Below are positions 29,963 to 39,443 of a stretch of DNA of 64,000 nucleotides, piece after piece. This DNA is from an uncultured Gemmatimonadales bacterium (GTDB lineage Bacteria > Gemmatimonadota > Gemmatimonadetes > Gemmatimonadales > Gemmatimonadaceae). The notes under the pieces were generated by a model that was given only the letters and a program-made list of their open reading frames with translations, was not told the DNA's origin and did no database searches. The position numbers and the translations under genes were made by a program. The stretch lies in assembly GCA_963850905.1 (NCBI GenBank), contig CAWKMU010000003.1, forward strand, positions 352,001 through 416,000. The letters are read 5' to 3'. Within the stretch, counting starts at the first letter, position 1; every line of letters begins with the position of its first letter.

Positions 29963-29988
29963 GATAGGGGCGACGCTTTGCGTCGCCC
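29963..29988 (+). repeat. REP palindrome
   Basis: GATAGGGGCGACGCTTTGCGTCGCCC. Confidence 0.8.
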
Positions 29989-30258
29989 GTTGTTGTCGTG
30001 GCGGTGGCGCGCCGAGAGCTCGGCGAAGACGCCTTCATCAAGAGCAATCGCAAAGGAGGCCGCGCACCCGACAACCACCTCCGAACGTGCCATTGCGTTT
30101 TGGTACTGGCCTCCGACCCCTGGCTCCTGCCCCCGCCGTTTAGCCTTGGTAACAATCCAGCCACGCCTGCAACATCGCGTGCAACAACTCGGTCGCGCTG
30201 TTCTCTCCGGCGAGCAGAAGGCAAGCGGCCCGCCGGCAAAGCGCTATGCTCTGGGTCA

Positions 30259-31554
30259 ATGACGCGAGTCGGACTCGAGCTCGGGACCTCCCGTGTCCGA
30301 GCGGTCGTGCTGCCGCCGGGACTGCCACCGCGCCCACGGGTCGTCGATGTGCCCTACGGCGCCAACCGCCTCGATGAGGCGCTCGCCGCCCTGCGACCAT
30401 ACCTCGGGAAACCGCGACGCATCGCGCTGGCGATCGATCTCCACCTCCTCGCCGTCAAGCGTCTGACACTCCCGGCGGTCCCGGCGCAGGAGCGGCGGAA
30501 CATCATCCGACTCGAGCCCGAGCGCTTCTTCGCAATCCGCGACGAGGATATCGTCGCTGCCGTCCGCGCGGACGACAACCTCGTGTTCGCCGCTACCGCG
30601 TCTGCGCTGGACCACTGGATCGAGCTGATCGAGGCCGTTGCGCCCATCGACGTCATCGAGCCGACACCGGTCGCGCTGGCCCGGGCACTCGCGACCGTGC
30701 CGATCGCCGACGCTGCCGTGCTGTTCGACGACCACGCTGCAGGCCTGGCGCTCGCAGTGATTGAGCGGGGCCGTGTAACGCGCGCGCGCCGCCTCTTCGG
30801 CACCCTTGCGCAGAACGTCCCAGCACTCGCCGCCGAAGAGCTCGCGAGCCCCCGCGTGGTGCTGTTGGACCCATGGAACGACGAGCGGCGAGCTGCGCTC
30901 GAGGCGCTGGGACTCGGCGCGTCGATCGGACCGGTGCCGGAGCTGGAGCGGTGGGGCGGCGCCATCCCCGGGCCATTCGCCACGGCCTTCGGGGCTGCCC
31001 TGGCACTGGAGCACCCGCCAATCACCACCGACATGCTGCTCGCTGGGTCGCACGAATCCCGCATCCGGGCCCGACGGATCCGCGGCGGGGCGGTGTCCAT
31101 GGCGGCCTGCACTGCCGCGCTCTGCTTCGCAATCTCGTCGCTCGCGGATCGACAGGATCGCGCGCTCCGCGACCTGGACGCTGAGACTGCCGTGTTGAGC
31201 ACCCGGGCGGCGCCCGCACTCGCGATGCAGACGGAGCTCACGACGCTCGATCGCCGCGCCGCGGCCGTCCGCACCGTCGCGGGCGAGCGCCGCGATCCAC
31301 TCCACGTGCTTCGGGCGTTGTCGGCCGCGCTTCCCGCCGGAGCCTTCGTACGCCAAATCCGCGCGACGGGTGCGGATTGGCAGGTCGATGGCTACGCGCC
31401 CAACGCGTCCGCGGTGCTGACCGCACTTGGCACGGGATCCGATTTCCGTGACGTGCACTTTCTGTCGGCCACGAGCCGAGCGCAGATCGCCAACAAACAA
31501 TATGAAAGCTTCGCTCTCGCTTTCCGATTTGGCGCGACGCCTCGAGCCCCGTGA
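30259..31554 (+). CDS. gspL: Type II secretion GspL / PilM-PilN-like inner-membrane platform protein
   Basis: VGLELG actin-like N-terminus, single TM, C-terminal PilN-like domain (LSAALPAGAFV...VDGYAPNA...FRDVHF); first gene of the T2SS run. Confidence 0.75.
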   Translation: MTRVGLELGTSRVRAVVLPPGLPPRPRVVDVPYGANRLDEALAALRPYLGKPRRIALAIDLHLLAVKRLTLPAVPAQERRNIIRLEPERFFAIRDEDIVAAVRADDNLVFAATASALDHWIELIEAVAPIDVIEPTPVALARALATVPIADAAVLFDDHAAGLALAVIERGRVTRARRLFGTLAQNVPALAAEELASPRVVLLDPWNDERRAALEALGLGASIGPVPELERWGGAIPGPFATAFGAALALEHPPITTDMLLAGSHESRIRARRIRGGAVSMAACTAALCFAISSLADRQDRALRDLDAETAVLSTRAAPALAMQTELTTLDRRAAAVRTVAGERRDPLHVLRALSAALPAGAFVRQIRATGADWQVDGYAPNASAVLTALGTGSDFRDVHFLSATSRAQIANKQYESFALAFRFGATPRAP

Positions 31555-32137
31555 GCGGCGCGTCGTCCTTGCGGGTGCGCTCGTGAGCGCTGTGGCGCTT
31601 GCGGTCGCGTGGTTCGGCGTGCCGTTCGCCCTACGATGGACCAGTCGCAACGCCCAACTCACCGCGACCCGGGATCGGTGGGCCAGGCTCACGACATTGG
31701 TGGCGAGCACCAATCGGGTGCGACTGGCACTCGACGCGGCATTGCGGACGTCCGGCGCCGACCAATCCCGGCTCATCAATGGTGCGACACCGGCACTCGC
31801 TGCCTCCGCGCTCCAGGAGGTGCTCCAGCACGATGCGAGTCAGAGCGCGGTGCAGCTGGAGCGGGTCGATGCGGCGGGCGATCCCCAGCCCGCTCAACCC
31901 GGGTTGCTCGCGATACCGGTGCAGCTCCAGGCGCACGGCGACTTGTACGCGTTGGTCGACTTCCTGGGACGCCTCGAGACCGGCACGCCGCTACTCGTGG
32001 TCGACGAGCTCACAGTCGATGCAGGATCGGGTGAGACCGACGACGGCGGAGCCGCGCCCGCCGATGCGTCCAACACGCTCGCGTGGACGATTCGTGTGCA
32101 CGGGCTGTATGCGACATTGGACGACGCACCCCGGTGA
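31502..32137 (+). CDS. gspM: Type II secretion GspM-like protein
   Basis: LEPRERRVV plus TM; ALAASALQ and LVDFLGRLE motifs of T2SS M. Confidence 0.8.
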   Translation: MKASLSLSDLARRLEPRERRVVLAGALVSAVALAVAWFGVPFALRWTSRNAQLTATRDRWARLTTLVASTNRVRLALDAALRTSGADQSRLINGATPALAASALQEVLQHDASQSAVQLERVDAAGDPQPAQPGLLAIPVQLQAHGDLYALVDFLGRLETGTPLLVVDELTVDAGSGETDDGGAAPADASNTLAWTIRVHGLYATLDDAPR

Positions 32138-32643
32138 ACGCCAACCGGGGGTTGTACGTCGTGGCGACGCTGCTCGCCGCAAGCGGGTTGGCTTTGCGAC
32201 TGGCGCCCGTTGGGCCGCCGGCTGCCTCCCTACGCCCCACCGAGCCAGAACGCGCCGCCGACCACCAGATGCCGGTTACCGTACGCCCAGCGTCGCGCGA
32301 AAGCGGCCACGCCGCTGACGATCCGATCATCGCGGCCGACATCTTCACTCAGTCTCGGGTCGCCCCGAAACCGCGGTCGGCTGCCACGAGTGCTCCAGCA
32401 CCGCAGCGCCCGCCTGCGCCACGACCACCGACGCTCGCGCTCGTCGGCACCACGATCGGACCGCGCGGCGCGGTCGCTCTGATCACCACCGGGGGCGGAC
32501 CAGGAGATGCTCAGGTCCACTCCATGGGTGACGTGATCGCCGGCGCTCGGCTGGTGGCGATCACAGAATCCACCGTCACGCTGCTCCGCCCATTGGGACC
32601 AGTCATCCTCCATGTGGCACCCGCGGTGCGGCAGACGCCATGA
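32134..32643 (+). CDS. GspC/GspN-like T2SS accessory protein
   Basis: TM, Pro-rich linker and HR-like domain LVGTTIG...ALI...GDVIAGARLVAITESTVTL; GTGA overlap with gspM. Confidence 0.65.
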   Translation: MNANRGLYVVATLLAASGLALRLAPVGPPAASLRPTEPERAADHQMPVTVRPASRESGHAADDPIIAADIFTQSRVAPKPRSAATSAPAPQRPPAPRPPTLALVGTTIGPRGAVALITTGGGPGDAQVHSMGDVIAGARLVAITESTVTLLRPLGPVILHVAPAVRQTP

Positions 32644-34524
32644 CACATTCGCCCTGTGCCCCGGTCGTCGACGGCCGCCACCCCTACATACTGTGCGGCG
32701 CTCGCTTGGCGCTCCTGCTGTCGCTCGGCAGCGCGATCCTGCCGGGTGCCGCGCACGCTCAGACGCCGGTCACGCCAGCCTCCGCATCGCAAACCGCCGC
32801 GCTGCGCATTGACTTCGTCAACGCGGATCTCTCCGATGTCATTCGCTCGGTGGCGACGGCGCTCGGAGTGAACATCGTCGTCACCGACGTGCCACCGCGC
32901 CGTATCACGTTCCGGACACCGGAGCCGGTGCCGGCCACCCAGGCCGGGTCGGTCCTCGAGGGCATTCTCGCCAGCCAAGGGCTGGTCCTCGTCGCAAACG
33001 GTCCCGTGTTTCAGGTGCTCCCCACGGACAAGCGGCCGCCGACTGGCCCCCTGCACGCCGGGAAGACCCTCCCTGATCCACCTCCGCTCGGGCTCATCAC
33101 GCAGATCGTCCCGCTCGACTACATGCGGGCCGATGAGGCCGTGTCGCTCCTCCACGACGTCGCTGACAAGGAGGCGCGAGTCGAAGTCGTGCCCCGGTCC
33201 AACGCCGTGTTGATCACCGACCGCGGCGTGAATGTCGCGCGCTATCTGGAGCTCCTGCGCCAGATTGACGTCAAGACCGGCGGCGAGGCGGGCCTCAGCA
33301 CCTTCGTCTATCCACTCAAGCACGCGAACGCCACCGAGTTGGCCACGACGCTCGGTCAGGTGTTCGGCGCCACGGTGGTCGCCCCCACGAGCCGGGCCCG
33401 CGTACAGGCGCTCGAGGGCAAGGGATTGTCGAACGCGCTCTCCAACCTCGAATCGCGTGAGCTGGAGTCCGTGCAGCAGCGCACCGATGTTCCCCTGCAG
33501 GCTCCGGGTGCGGCGCCAGCTGCAGCCGAAAGCGCGCAAGCACAGGGTCGTGGAGTGCCCGGCGGATTGCTTGGCGGGACGACGATCGTCCCCGACCAGG
33601 CGACCAACTCCCTCGTCATTCGCACGGCGGCACCGAATTTCTCGATCCTGCAGAGCACGATCGAGCAACTCGATATCCGCCCCGCGCAGGTGCTGCTCGA
33701 GGTGTTGATCGCCGAAGTCACGCTCGACAAAGCCAGTCAGTACGGCGTCAACTGGAGCGTGTTCACCCACAACGGATTCAACGGCACCGATACCACGCGG
33801 GGGGTGCTGGCGATGCTCGGGCCACAGGTGGCCGACTCGCTCCTGAGCTCCATACCGGGGCTGGCGCTCCGCGTCGTCAGTCTCGGGAGCGTGAACGTGC
33901 GGGCCGTGCTCCAGGCGTTGGCTGCGCGCACCAACGTTCGCGTCCTCTCGGCACCACATGTGCTGGCGCTCAACAACGAAAAGGCGCGGATCCTCGTCGG
34001 CAGCCAGGTCCCGTTCAACTCGGCCACCATCACCGGCCTTGAACGCCAGCGTCGATCAAGTGGTCCAATATCAGAACGTCGGCACCCAGCTCACGGTACT
34101 CCCGACCGTGAACACGGACGGGTACGTGACCTTGCGATTGTTACAGGAAGTCAGTGAGCTCTCAACCGAAACCGTCCCCACCGCCCAGAACGCCCCGATC
34201 ATCACGACGCGCGAAGCGGAAACGAGCGCCATCATCAAGAATGAGCGCACGGTCGTGATCGGTGGGCTGATTAGTGAATCGCGCAGTAATCTCGAGAGCG
34301 GCATCCCACTGCTCAAGGACATTCCGCTCCTCGGCGCGCTCTTCAAGACCAAGAGCGTCGATCACACGCGTACCGAGCTCGCGATCTTCCTGACACCGCG
34401 CGTCGTCATGAGCGATGAGGGGGCCGATTCGTTGCTGCAGTCCGAAACGAAGCGGCTGCAGATCCTCGGGCCACAAGTCGACAGCGCGGTTTTCCATACA
34501 CCACCCGTGCCCCCACCACGGTGA
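32640..34524 (+). CDS. gspD: Type II secretion secretin GspD (one-base frameshift near 34040)
   Basis: IDFVNADL N0 domain, LDIRPAQVLLEVLIAEV, LSAPHVLALNNEKARILVG; continues in the 33958 frame with VQYQNVG and GIPLLKDIPLLGALF...RTELAIFLTP. Confidence 0.9.
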
Positions 34525-36107
34525 CCGAGCCGGCGCTGGACATCGGTGCGCCGTGGACGGCACCCCTCGGCCCCACGTCCCCAACGGCTCACACCGCAAC
34601 GGACCTGCGCGCGGGAGCCGCCGGGTCACTCGCACAACGGCTGTCGCCCAAGTACCTGGATGAGTATTGCCTGATCCCGTTGTCGATCACGGACGCCAAC
34701 GAGTTGCTCGTGGCAGCTGGCGGGCCGCTCGACCCGACCGTGCTCGATGAGTTGGCGTGGACGTATGAGCGGCCGGTGCATGTGATCGAGGCACCACCCG
34801 CTGAGATCCACGCGGCCATCATGTCGGCGCAGACAGAGGACACCGCCGACGGCGGAGAGGACGGCCGCGCAGCTGGCGTCGAGCTCGTAGCAGACGACGA
34901 TGTCACCATCGATGACCTGCGCGCACTGGCGAACCAGACACCGGTCATCAAGCTGGTCAACCTGCTCATTCTGGAAGCATTGCGCGCGCGGGCCAGCGAC
35001 ATCCACCTGGAAGCCGGCGCTGATGGCCTCCGCGTTCGGTATCGGATCGACGGGGTGCTGCAGGAGATGGCCAACCCGCCGCGCCAGCACCAGGCGGCCG
35101 TGATCAGTCGTGTGAAGATCATGGCGTCGCTCAATATCGCCGAGCGTCGGCTGGCCCAGGACGGACGCATCCGTCTGAGGCTCTCCGACCGGGATCTCGA
35201 CCTCCGCGTCTCGATCACGCCGACGCTGCACGGGGAGAGCGTCGTGCTCCGCATCCTCGACCGCGGCGCCGGCGTGCGCGATCTCCGTGAGCTGGGCTGC
35301 GAACCGCTGCTGCTCGATGAGCTCGAGGGGTTGATTCGGCAACCACACGGGATCGTGCTCGTGACCGGTCCGACCGGCTCGGGTAAGACGACGACCCTGT
35401 ACGGCGCGATCGCCCGACTCAATCAGCCGGGCCTCAAGATCGTCACGGTCGAAGACCCCGTGGAGTATCAGATCCCCGGCGTCACGCAGATTCCGGTCAA
35501 CACAAAGATCGGGCTGACGTTCGCTGCGGCGTTGCGCTCCATCCTGCGCCATGACCCGGACGTGATCATGGTCGGCGAGATGCGCGATCGTGAAGCGGCG
35601 GAGATCGCCATTCAAGCGGCCCTGACCGGTCACCTCGTGTTCTCGACGCTCCACACAAACGATGCGGCTGCCGGCGTCACTCGCCTGGTCGATATGGGTA
35701 TCGAGCCGTACCTCGTGGCCGCGACAGTGCTCGGGATCGTCGCGCAGCGCCTGGTCCGCGTCGTCTGTGACCGCTGCGCCGTGGACGTTGACCCGGACTG
35801 CGATGTGCTCGCACGCGCCGCGATCGGGCAAACAGTCGTGCTCGCGCCCCGATTCCGACGCGGACGCGGATGCGACGCGTGCGCCGGCACCGGGTATCGG
35901 GGCAGGACGGGCGTGTACGAGCTCATGCCCATGACCCCCGAGCTCCGGGATGCAGTCGTGCGCGGCGTCCCGCTCGCGACGTTGCGGACGTTGGCCGGTG
36001 AACGCGGGATGACGTCCCTGCGCGCGGGCGCGTGGGCGAAGGCGTGCGCTGGCGTGACGACACTCGACGAGGTCCTGCGCGCCACGCGCGACGAGGCGCT
36101 GGCGTGA
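34521..36107 (+). CDS. gspE: Type II secretion ATPase GspE
   Basis: ASDIHLE, GPTGSGKTTT, TVEDPVEY, LRHDPDVIMVGEMRD, CxxC...CxxC Zn motif. Confidence 0.95.
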   Translation: MTEPALDIGAPWTAPLGPTSPTAHTATDLRAGAAGSLAQRLSPKYLDEYCLIPLSITDANELLVAAGGPLDPTVLDELAWTYERPVHVIEAPPAEIHAAIMSAQTEDTADGGEDGRAAGVELVADDDVTIDDLRALANQTPVIKLVNLLILEALRARASDIHLEAGADGLRVRYRIDGVLQEMANPPRQHQAAVISRVKIMASLNIAERRLAQDGRIRLRLSDRDLDLRVSITPTLHGESVVLRILDRGAGVRDLRELGCEPLLLDELEGLIRQPHGIVLVTGPTGSGKTTTLYGAIARLNQPGLKIVTVEDPVEYQIPGVTQIPVNTKIGLTFAAALRSILRHDPDVIMVGEMRDREAAEIAIQAALTGHLVFSTLHTNDAAAGVTRLVDMGIEPYLVAATVLGIVAQRLVRVVCDRCAVDVDPDCDVLARAAIGQTVVLAPRFRRGRGCDACAGTGYRGRTGVYELMPMTPELRDAVVRGVPLATLRTLAGERGMTSLRAGAWAKACAGVTTLDEVLRATRDEALA

Positions 36108-37306
36108 CGGCGGCGGCCGGACAGTTCCGTTACCGCGCGGCGACATCCGACGGTCGCCTGGTCGAGGGCGTGATCCAGGCCGCCTCCCGTCAGGGCGTCC
36201 TCGAGGGATTGCGGCGCCAGCAGCTGTATCCCGTTCGCATCGATGAAACGCGGCCTGGTCACACCGGACCGGTCGGCCGGAGACTCGGCCGCCGTCCCGC
36301 CGTGGTGCTGTGGACCCGAAACCTGGCGACGCTCCTTGGCGCTGGTGTGTCACTCGATCGCGCGCTGGCCTTCACGACACAGCATGCGGGGCACGATGGT
36401 CTTGCCGGCGCGCTTCGCGACGTCCGCAAAGCCGTGCACGGCGGAGCCACGCTCGCCGCTGCGCTGGCCCGCCAGCCTCGCTATTTCGATCCGCTTTTCG
36501 TAGCGATGGTCTCGGCCGGCGAATCCAGTGGCGCCCTCAATGTGGTGTTCACCCAGCTCTCGTTGCAGCTGGAGGAACGAGCGGAACTGACGTCACAGAT
36601 GCGATCGACCTTGCTGTACCCGGCGTTGATGGCTGTCGTCGCCGTCGTCGGCATCGGCGTGCTGCTCGGGTTCGTCATTCCACGCTTTGCATCCGTCCTC
36701 GCCGATATGGGCGGTTCTCTGCCATGGAGCACGCAGCTGCTTCTCACCGTGAGTCATGTCGCCACGACCTGGTGGTGGCTGTGGCTCGCGCTCGCCATTG
36801 GCGCGGCAGTCCTGACTCCGCGCCTGTTGGCGCGCCCCGAGGTGCGTCTCAGGTGGCACGCCGCCCGACTGGCGTGGCCGGTCGTCGGCGACATCGAACG
36901 CAAGTACGCCACAGCACGCGTGGCGCGGACGCTGGGCCTCCTGCTCAGGAGCGGCGTCCCCGCCCTCCCCGCACTCAGGATCGCCCGGACATCCGCGCCG
37001 AATCTCGTCATCCGGACTGCCCTCGACCGCGCGGCGAGCGCGCTCGCAGAGGGAAGCGCCCTCGCCCCCGCCCTGGGGGGCACGCTGCCGCCACTCGCCG
37101 TCCAGATGATGGCGGTCGGCGAAGAGACCGGCCGACTGGACGAGCTCTGCCTCCGGGTCGCCGAGAGCTACGACGGCGAGGTGCGCCGCGCAATGCGGAC
37201 AGCGGTGACGCTGATCGAGCCCGCGCTGATCCTGACCTTTGGCGGGCTCGTAGGGTTCATCGCCCTCGCAATGCTGCAGGCGATTTATGGAATAGATCTG
37301 AAGTAG
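36104..37306 (+). CDS. gspF: Type II secretion inner-membrane protein GspF
   Basis: FRYRA N-terminus, MVSAGESSG, LLYPA, VGEETGRL, LIEP. Confidence 0.93.
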   Translation: MTAAAGQFRYRAATSDGRLVEGVIQAASRQGVLEGLRRQQLYPVRIDETRPGHTGPVGRRLGRRPAVVLWTRNLATLLGAGVSLDRALAFTTQHAGHDGLAGALRDVRKAVHGGATLAAALARQPRYFDPLFVAMVSAGESSGALNVVFTQLSLQLEERAELTSQMRSTLLYPALMAVVAVVGIGVLLGFVIPRFASVLADMGGSLPWSTQLLLTVSHVATTWWWLWLALAIGAAVLTPRLLARPEVRLRWHAARLAWPVVGDIERKYATARVARTLGLLLRSGVPALPALRIARTSAPNLVIRTALDRAASALAEGSALAPALGGTLPPLAVQMMAVGEETGRLDELCLRVAESYDGEVRRAMRTAVTLIEPALILTFGGLVGFIALAMLQAIYGIDLK

Positions 37307-37339
37307 CCGCGACGCTCGCACCAACCTGGCCCTAGACCG

Positions 37340-37363
37340 CTAGGGCGACGCATCGCGTCGGCC
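37340..37363 (+). repeat. Degenerate REP palindrome between convergent gspF and gspK
   Basis: CTAGGGCGACGCATCGCGTCGGCC. Confidence 0.7.
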
Positions 37364-37417
37364 TCCCTTCCAACAGGTCTCGCACCAATCTGGCCCTGGT
37401 TTCGTCGCCGATCCCCC

Positions 37418-38260
37418 TTACCTCTCCCTCTCCTCCCAACTCATCAACCGTAGGCGCCCCGCCTGCAACCCGTACACCGCCTGAATCTCATGTGTCACCG
37501 GCGACCCTCGCTGCCACCCTCTGCTCACAATCATGAGCCGTGTGGGCGCGACGGTGAGCCGCATGCCGCCCGTCGGCACACGCTCCCGCGACCCCGGCGT
37601 CGGTCTGAACGCATCGATCGACACCAGCGGCCCCCGCTCGCGCGCCGCAATGATCGCCCGCGCCTTGCCCGGTCCGACGCCCGGGAGCGCCGCGAGCACG
37701 ACCTCAGGAGCCGAGTTCGCGTTCACGAATCCGTCGCTGCCGACCGTGATGTACGGGGCCGCCGCGAGCGCGAGGGCGTCGTCTGCCCCTGGCACGCGCG
37801 CGAATTCCGCAAAGCGCGTCACTGGCTCGGACCGCAGGGCACGAGCGACGACACCGGCGCGCTCGGAGGATGTGAAGTTGGCGAACAGCGCGTGCAACGC
37901 CTCCGTGTCCGCATGCGCGAGATCGAGCCGCGCGTTGAGGTCGAGCACCGCCACCGCGCACTGTGACTCCGCCGTCGCGAGACGCGACGCGTTGCGACCG
38001 AGTGTGTCCAGCCGGCGCGTCCGAGCCGCCACCTCGGCCGGCTCCGACGCCGAATCGAGCAGCACCTGCAACGCGACGGTGGTCGCCAGCACGCCACTCT
38101 CGGCCGCGTACTGCGCCACCGCGCGCGACTTGAGCGTCATCACAGCGTGCGATTCGGCCCGCGCCCGCGCGACGAGCTCGCTCACCGCCAGGCCCAGGAG
38201 CGTCAGCATCAAGAGCACGAAAATGAGCGCCACCCCGCGCCGTCGTCGCGGCGTCACCAT
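37418..38260 (-). CDS. gspK: Type II secretion minor pseudopilin GspK
   Basis: RRRRG|VALIFVLL prepilin site lacking Glu5; AAESGV, DLNARLDL and HhH motif VNANSAPEVVLAALPGVG. Confidence 0.85.
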   Translation of the reverse strand: MVTPRRRRGVALIFVLLMLTLLGLAVSELVARARAESHAVMTLKSRAVAQYAAESGVLATTVALQVLLDSASEPAEVAARTRRLDTLGRNASRLATAESQCAVAVLDLNARLDLAHADTEALHALFANFTSSERAGVVARALRSEPVTRFAEFARVPGADDALALAAAPYITVGSDGFVNANSAPEVVLAALPGVGPGKARAIIAARERGPLVSIDAFRPTPGSRERVPTGGMRLTVAPTRLMIVSRGWQRGSPVTHEIQAVYGLQAGRLRLMSWEERER

Positions 38261-38622
38261 TGCTCGCTCCCGTCCGGCGCGATGTGTTCGAGCCGCTCGA
38301 CGTCGAACCGTCCCCCGCCGGGCAGGAACACGGTGACGGTCACCAACTCGAAGCTGACGTCCGCCGCGGCGGGGCGCCGCACCACTTGCCGCCGAAACCC
38401 GCCGGGAAGCACGTCGCCCGGCGGCCCATGCAGCGCGCCGCTCCCGAGCTTGACCAGCTCCATCCCGTCTTCCGCGTAGGTCACCGCGACCGACCACTCG
38501 CGTGCATTGGCGACGAGCGCGCCGCTCTCGTGGGCAAGCCGCAGCGCGCCCAGCGCCACGAGACTCAGCACGATGAGGGCGACCATGACCTCGAGTAGGA
38601 CCAGCCCACTGCGCCTGTTCAC
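38254..38622 (-). CDS. gspI: Minor pseudopilin, GspI-like
   Basis: RRSG|LVLLEVMVALIV prepilin motif; GTG start overlaps gspJ stop. Confidence 0.75.
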   Translation of the reverse strand: MNRRSGLVLLEVMVALIVLSLVALGALRLAHESGALVANAREWSVAVTYAEDGMELVKLGSGALHGPPGDVLPGGFRRQVVRRPAAADVSFELVTVTVFLPGGGRFDVERLEHIAPDGSEQW

Positions 38623-39260
38623 GGGGCGTTCCCCGCGTTCGCCAGTTGCTGCGCCCCAGTGCCCAACGGCAACGAGTCGGTCGTCGTCGGCGTCGAGCCC
38701 GGCCAGAGTGCCAGGTGCAGCGGCCAACCGGACAGGTGGTCGCCCTGCCAGAATGCGATGACGATCGCGCGGGGCATGATCTCCGGATCGCTCCACTCGG
38801 CTTGCCAGGTGTGTCCGTCCGGCGCCAGCATCCACACGCTCCACTGGGTCACGTCAGGCACGGAGAACGTGACCTGGGCAGGGGCGGCGTGTCCGACCGC
38901 GCTCGCGCTGACCTGCAGATGCCCGCGGTCGGGCGCGATGGTGAATCGCCAGTCGTAGTCGGGGTCGAGCGGTGTCGCGCCGCCAGCTGCGACGAACGAC
39001 AGGGCGTTGTTCCTGAGGATGAACCCGCCGCGTGGATCGCCCGCCTCCTGGGGTGCACGCGCGTTCCGGAGAGCATCGCGCAGAATCTCGCGGGCGGCAC
39101 GACTTGACTGAACGGCATCGAGACCCGTCGTCACGCGGGTGCGGGCGTCGATGCCCGCCTGCGCCGTCGCGTAGGCGACCATCACGACCAGGCCCGTGAG
39201 CATGAGTGCCACCATGACCTCGAGCAGGGTGAAGCCAGCGAACCGGGCGCGCAGGGGCAT
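38619..39260 (-). CDS. gspJ: Minor pseudopilin, GspJ-like
   Basis: AG|FTLLEVMVAL; C-terminal WQAEW...MPRAIVI typical of GspJ. Confidence 0.8.
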   Translation of the reverse strand: MPLRARFAGFTLLEVMVALMLTGLVVMVAYATAQAGIDARTRVTTGLDAVQSSRAAREILRDALRNARAPQEAGDPRGGFILRNNALSFVAAGGATPLDPDYDWRFTIAPDRGHLQVSASAVGHAAPAQVTFSVPDVTQWSVWMLAPDGHTWQAEWSDPEIMPRAIVIAFWQGDHLSGWPLHLALWPGSTPTTTDSLPLGTGAQQLANAGNAP

Positions 39261-39443
39261 TTGCCGTCATCATACGTCACGACTGTGCACGGGCGACACA
39301 CGCACCTGTAACAGTTCGACGACGCGCATCGTGGCGACCGGGCTCGTTCGGACGAGGCCGACTGGCACGCGGCCGGCACGACTGTGACGCGCTTTTTGCT
39401 CGCTCGACGATCGGCCGTGACGCGTCGCGGCCTTCGTGCAGTG

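Noticed and set aside
34020..34060. Programmed ribosomal frameshift in gspD (and the other three frameshifted genes)
   Set aside because: No X XXY YYZ slippery site or evident stimulatory structure; sequencing indel is more likely.
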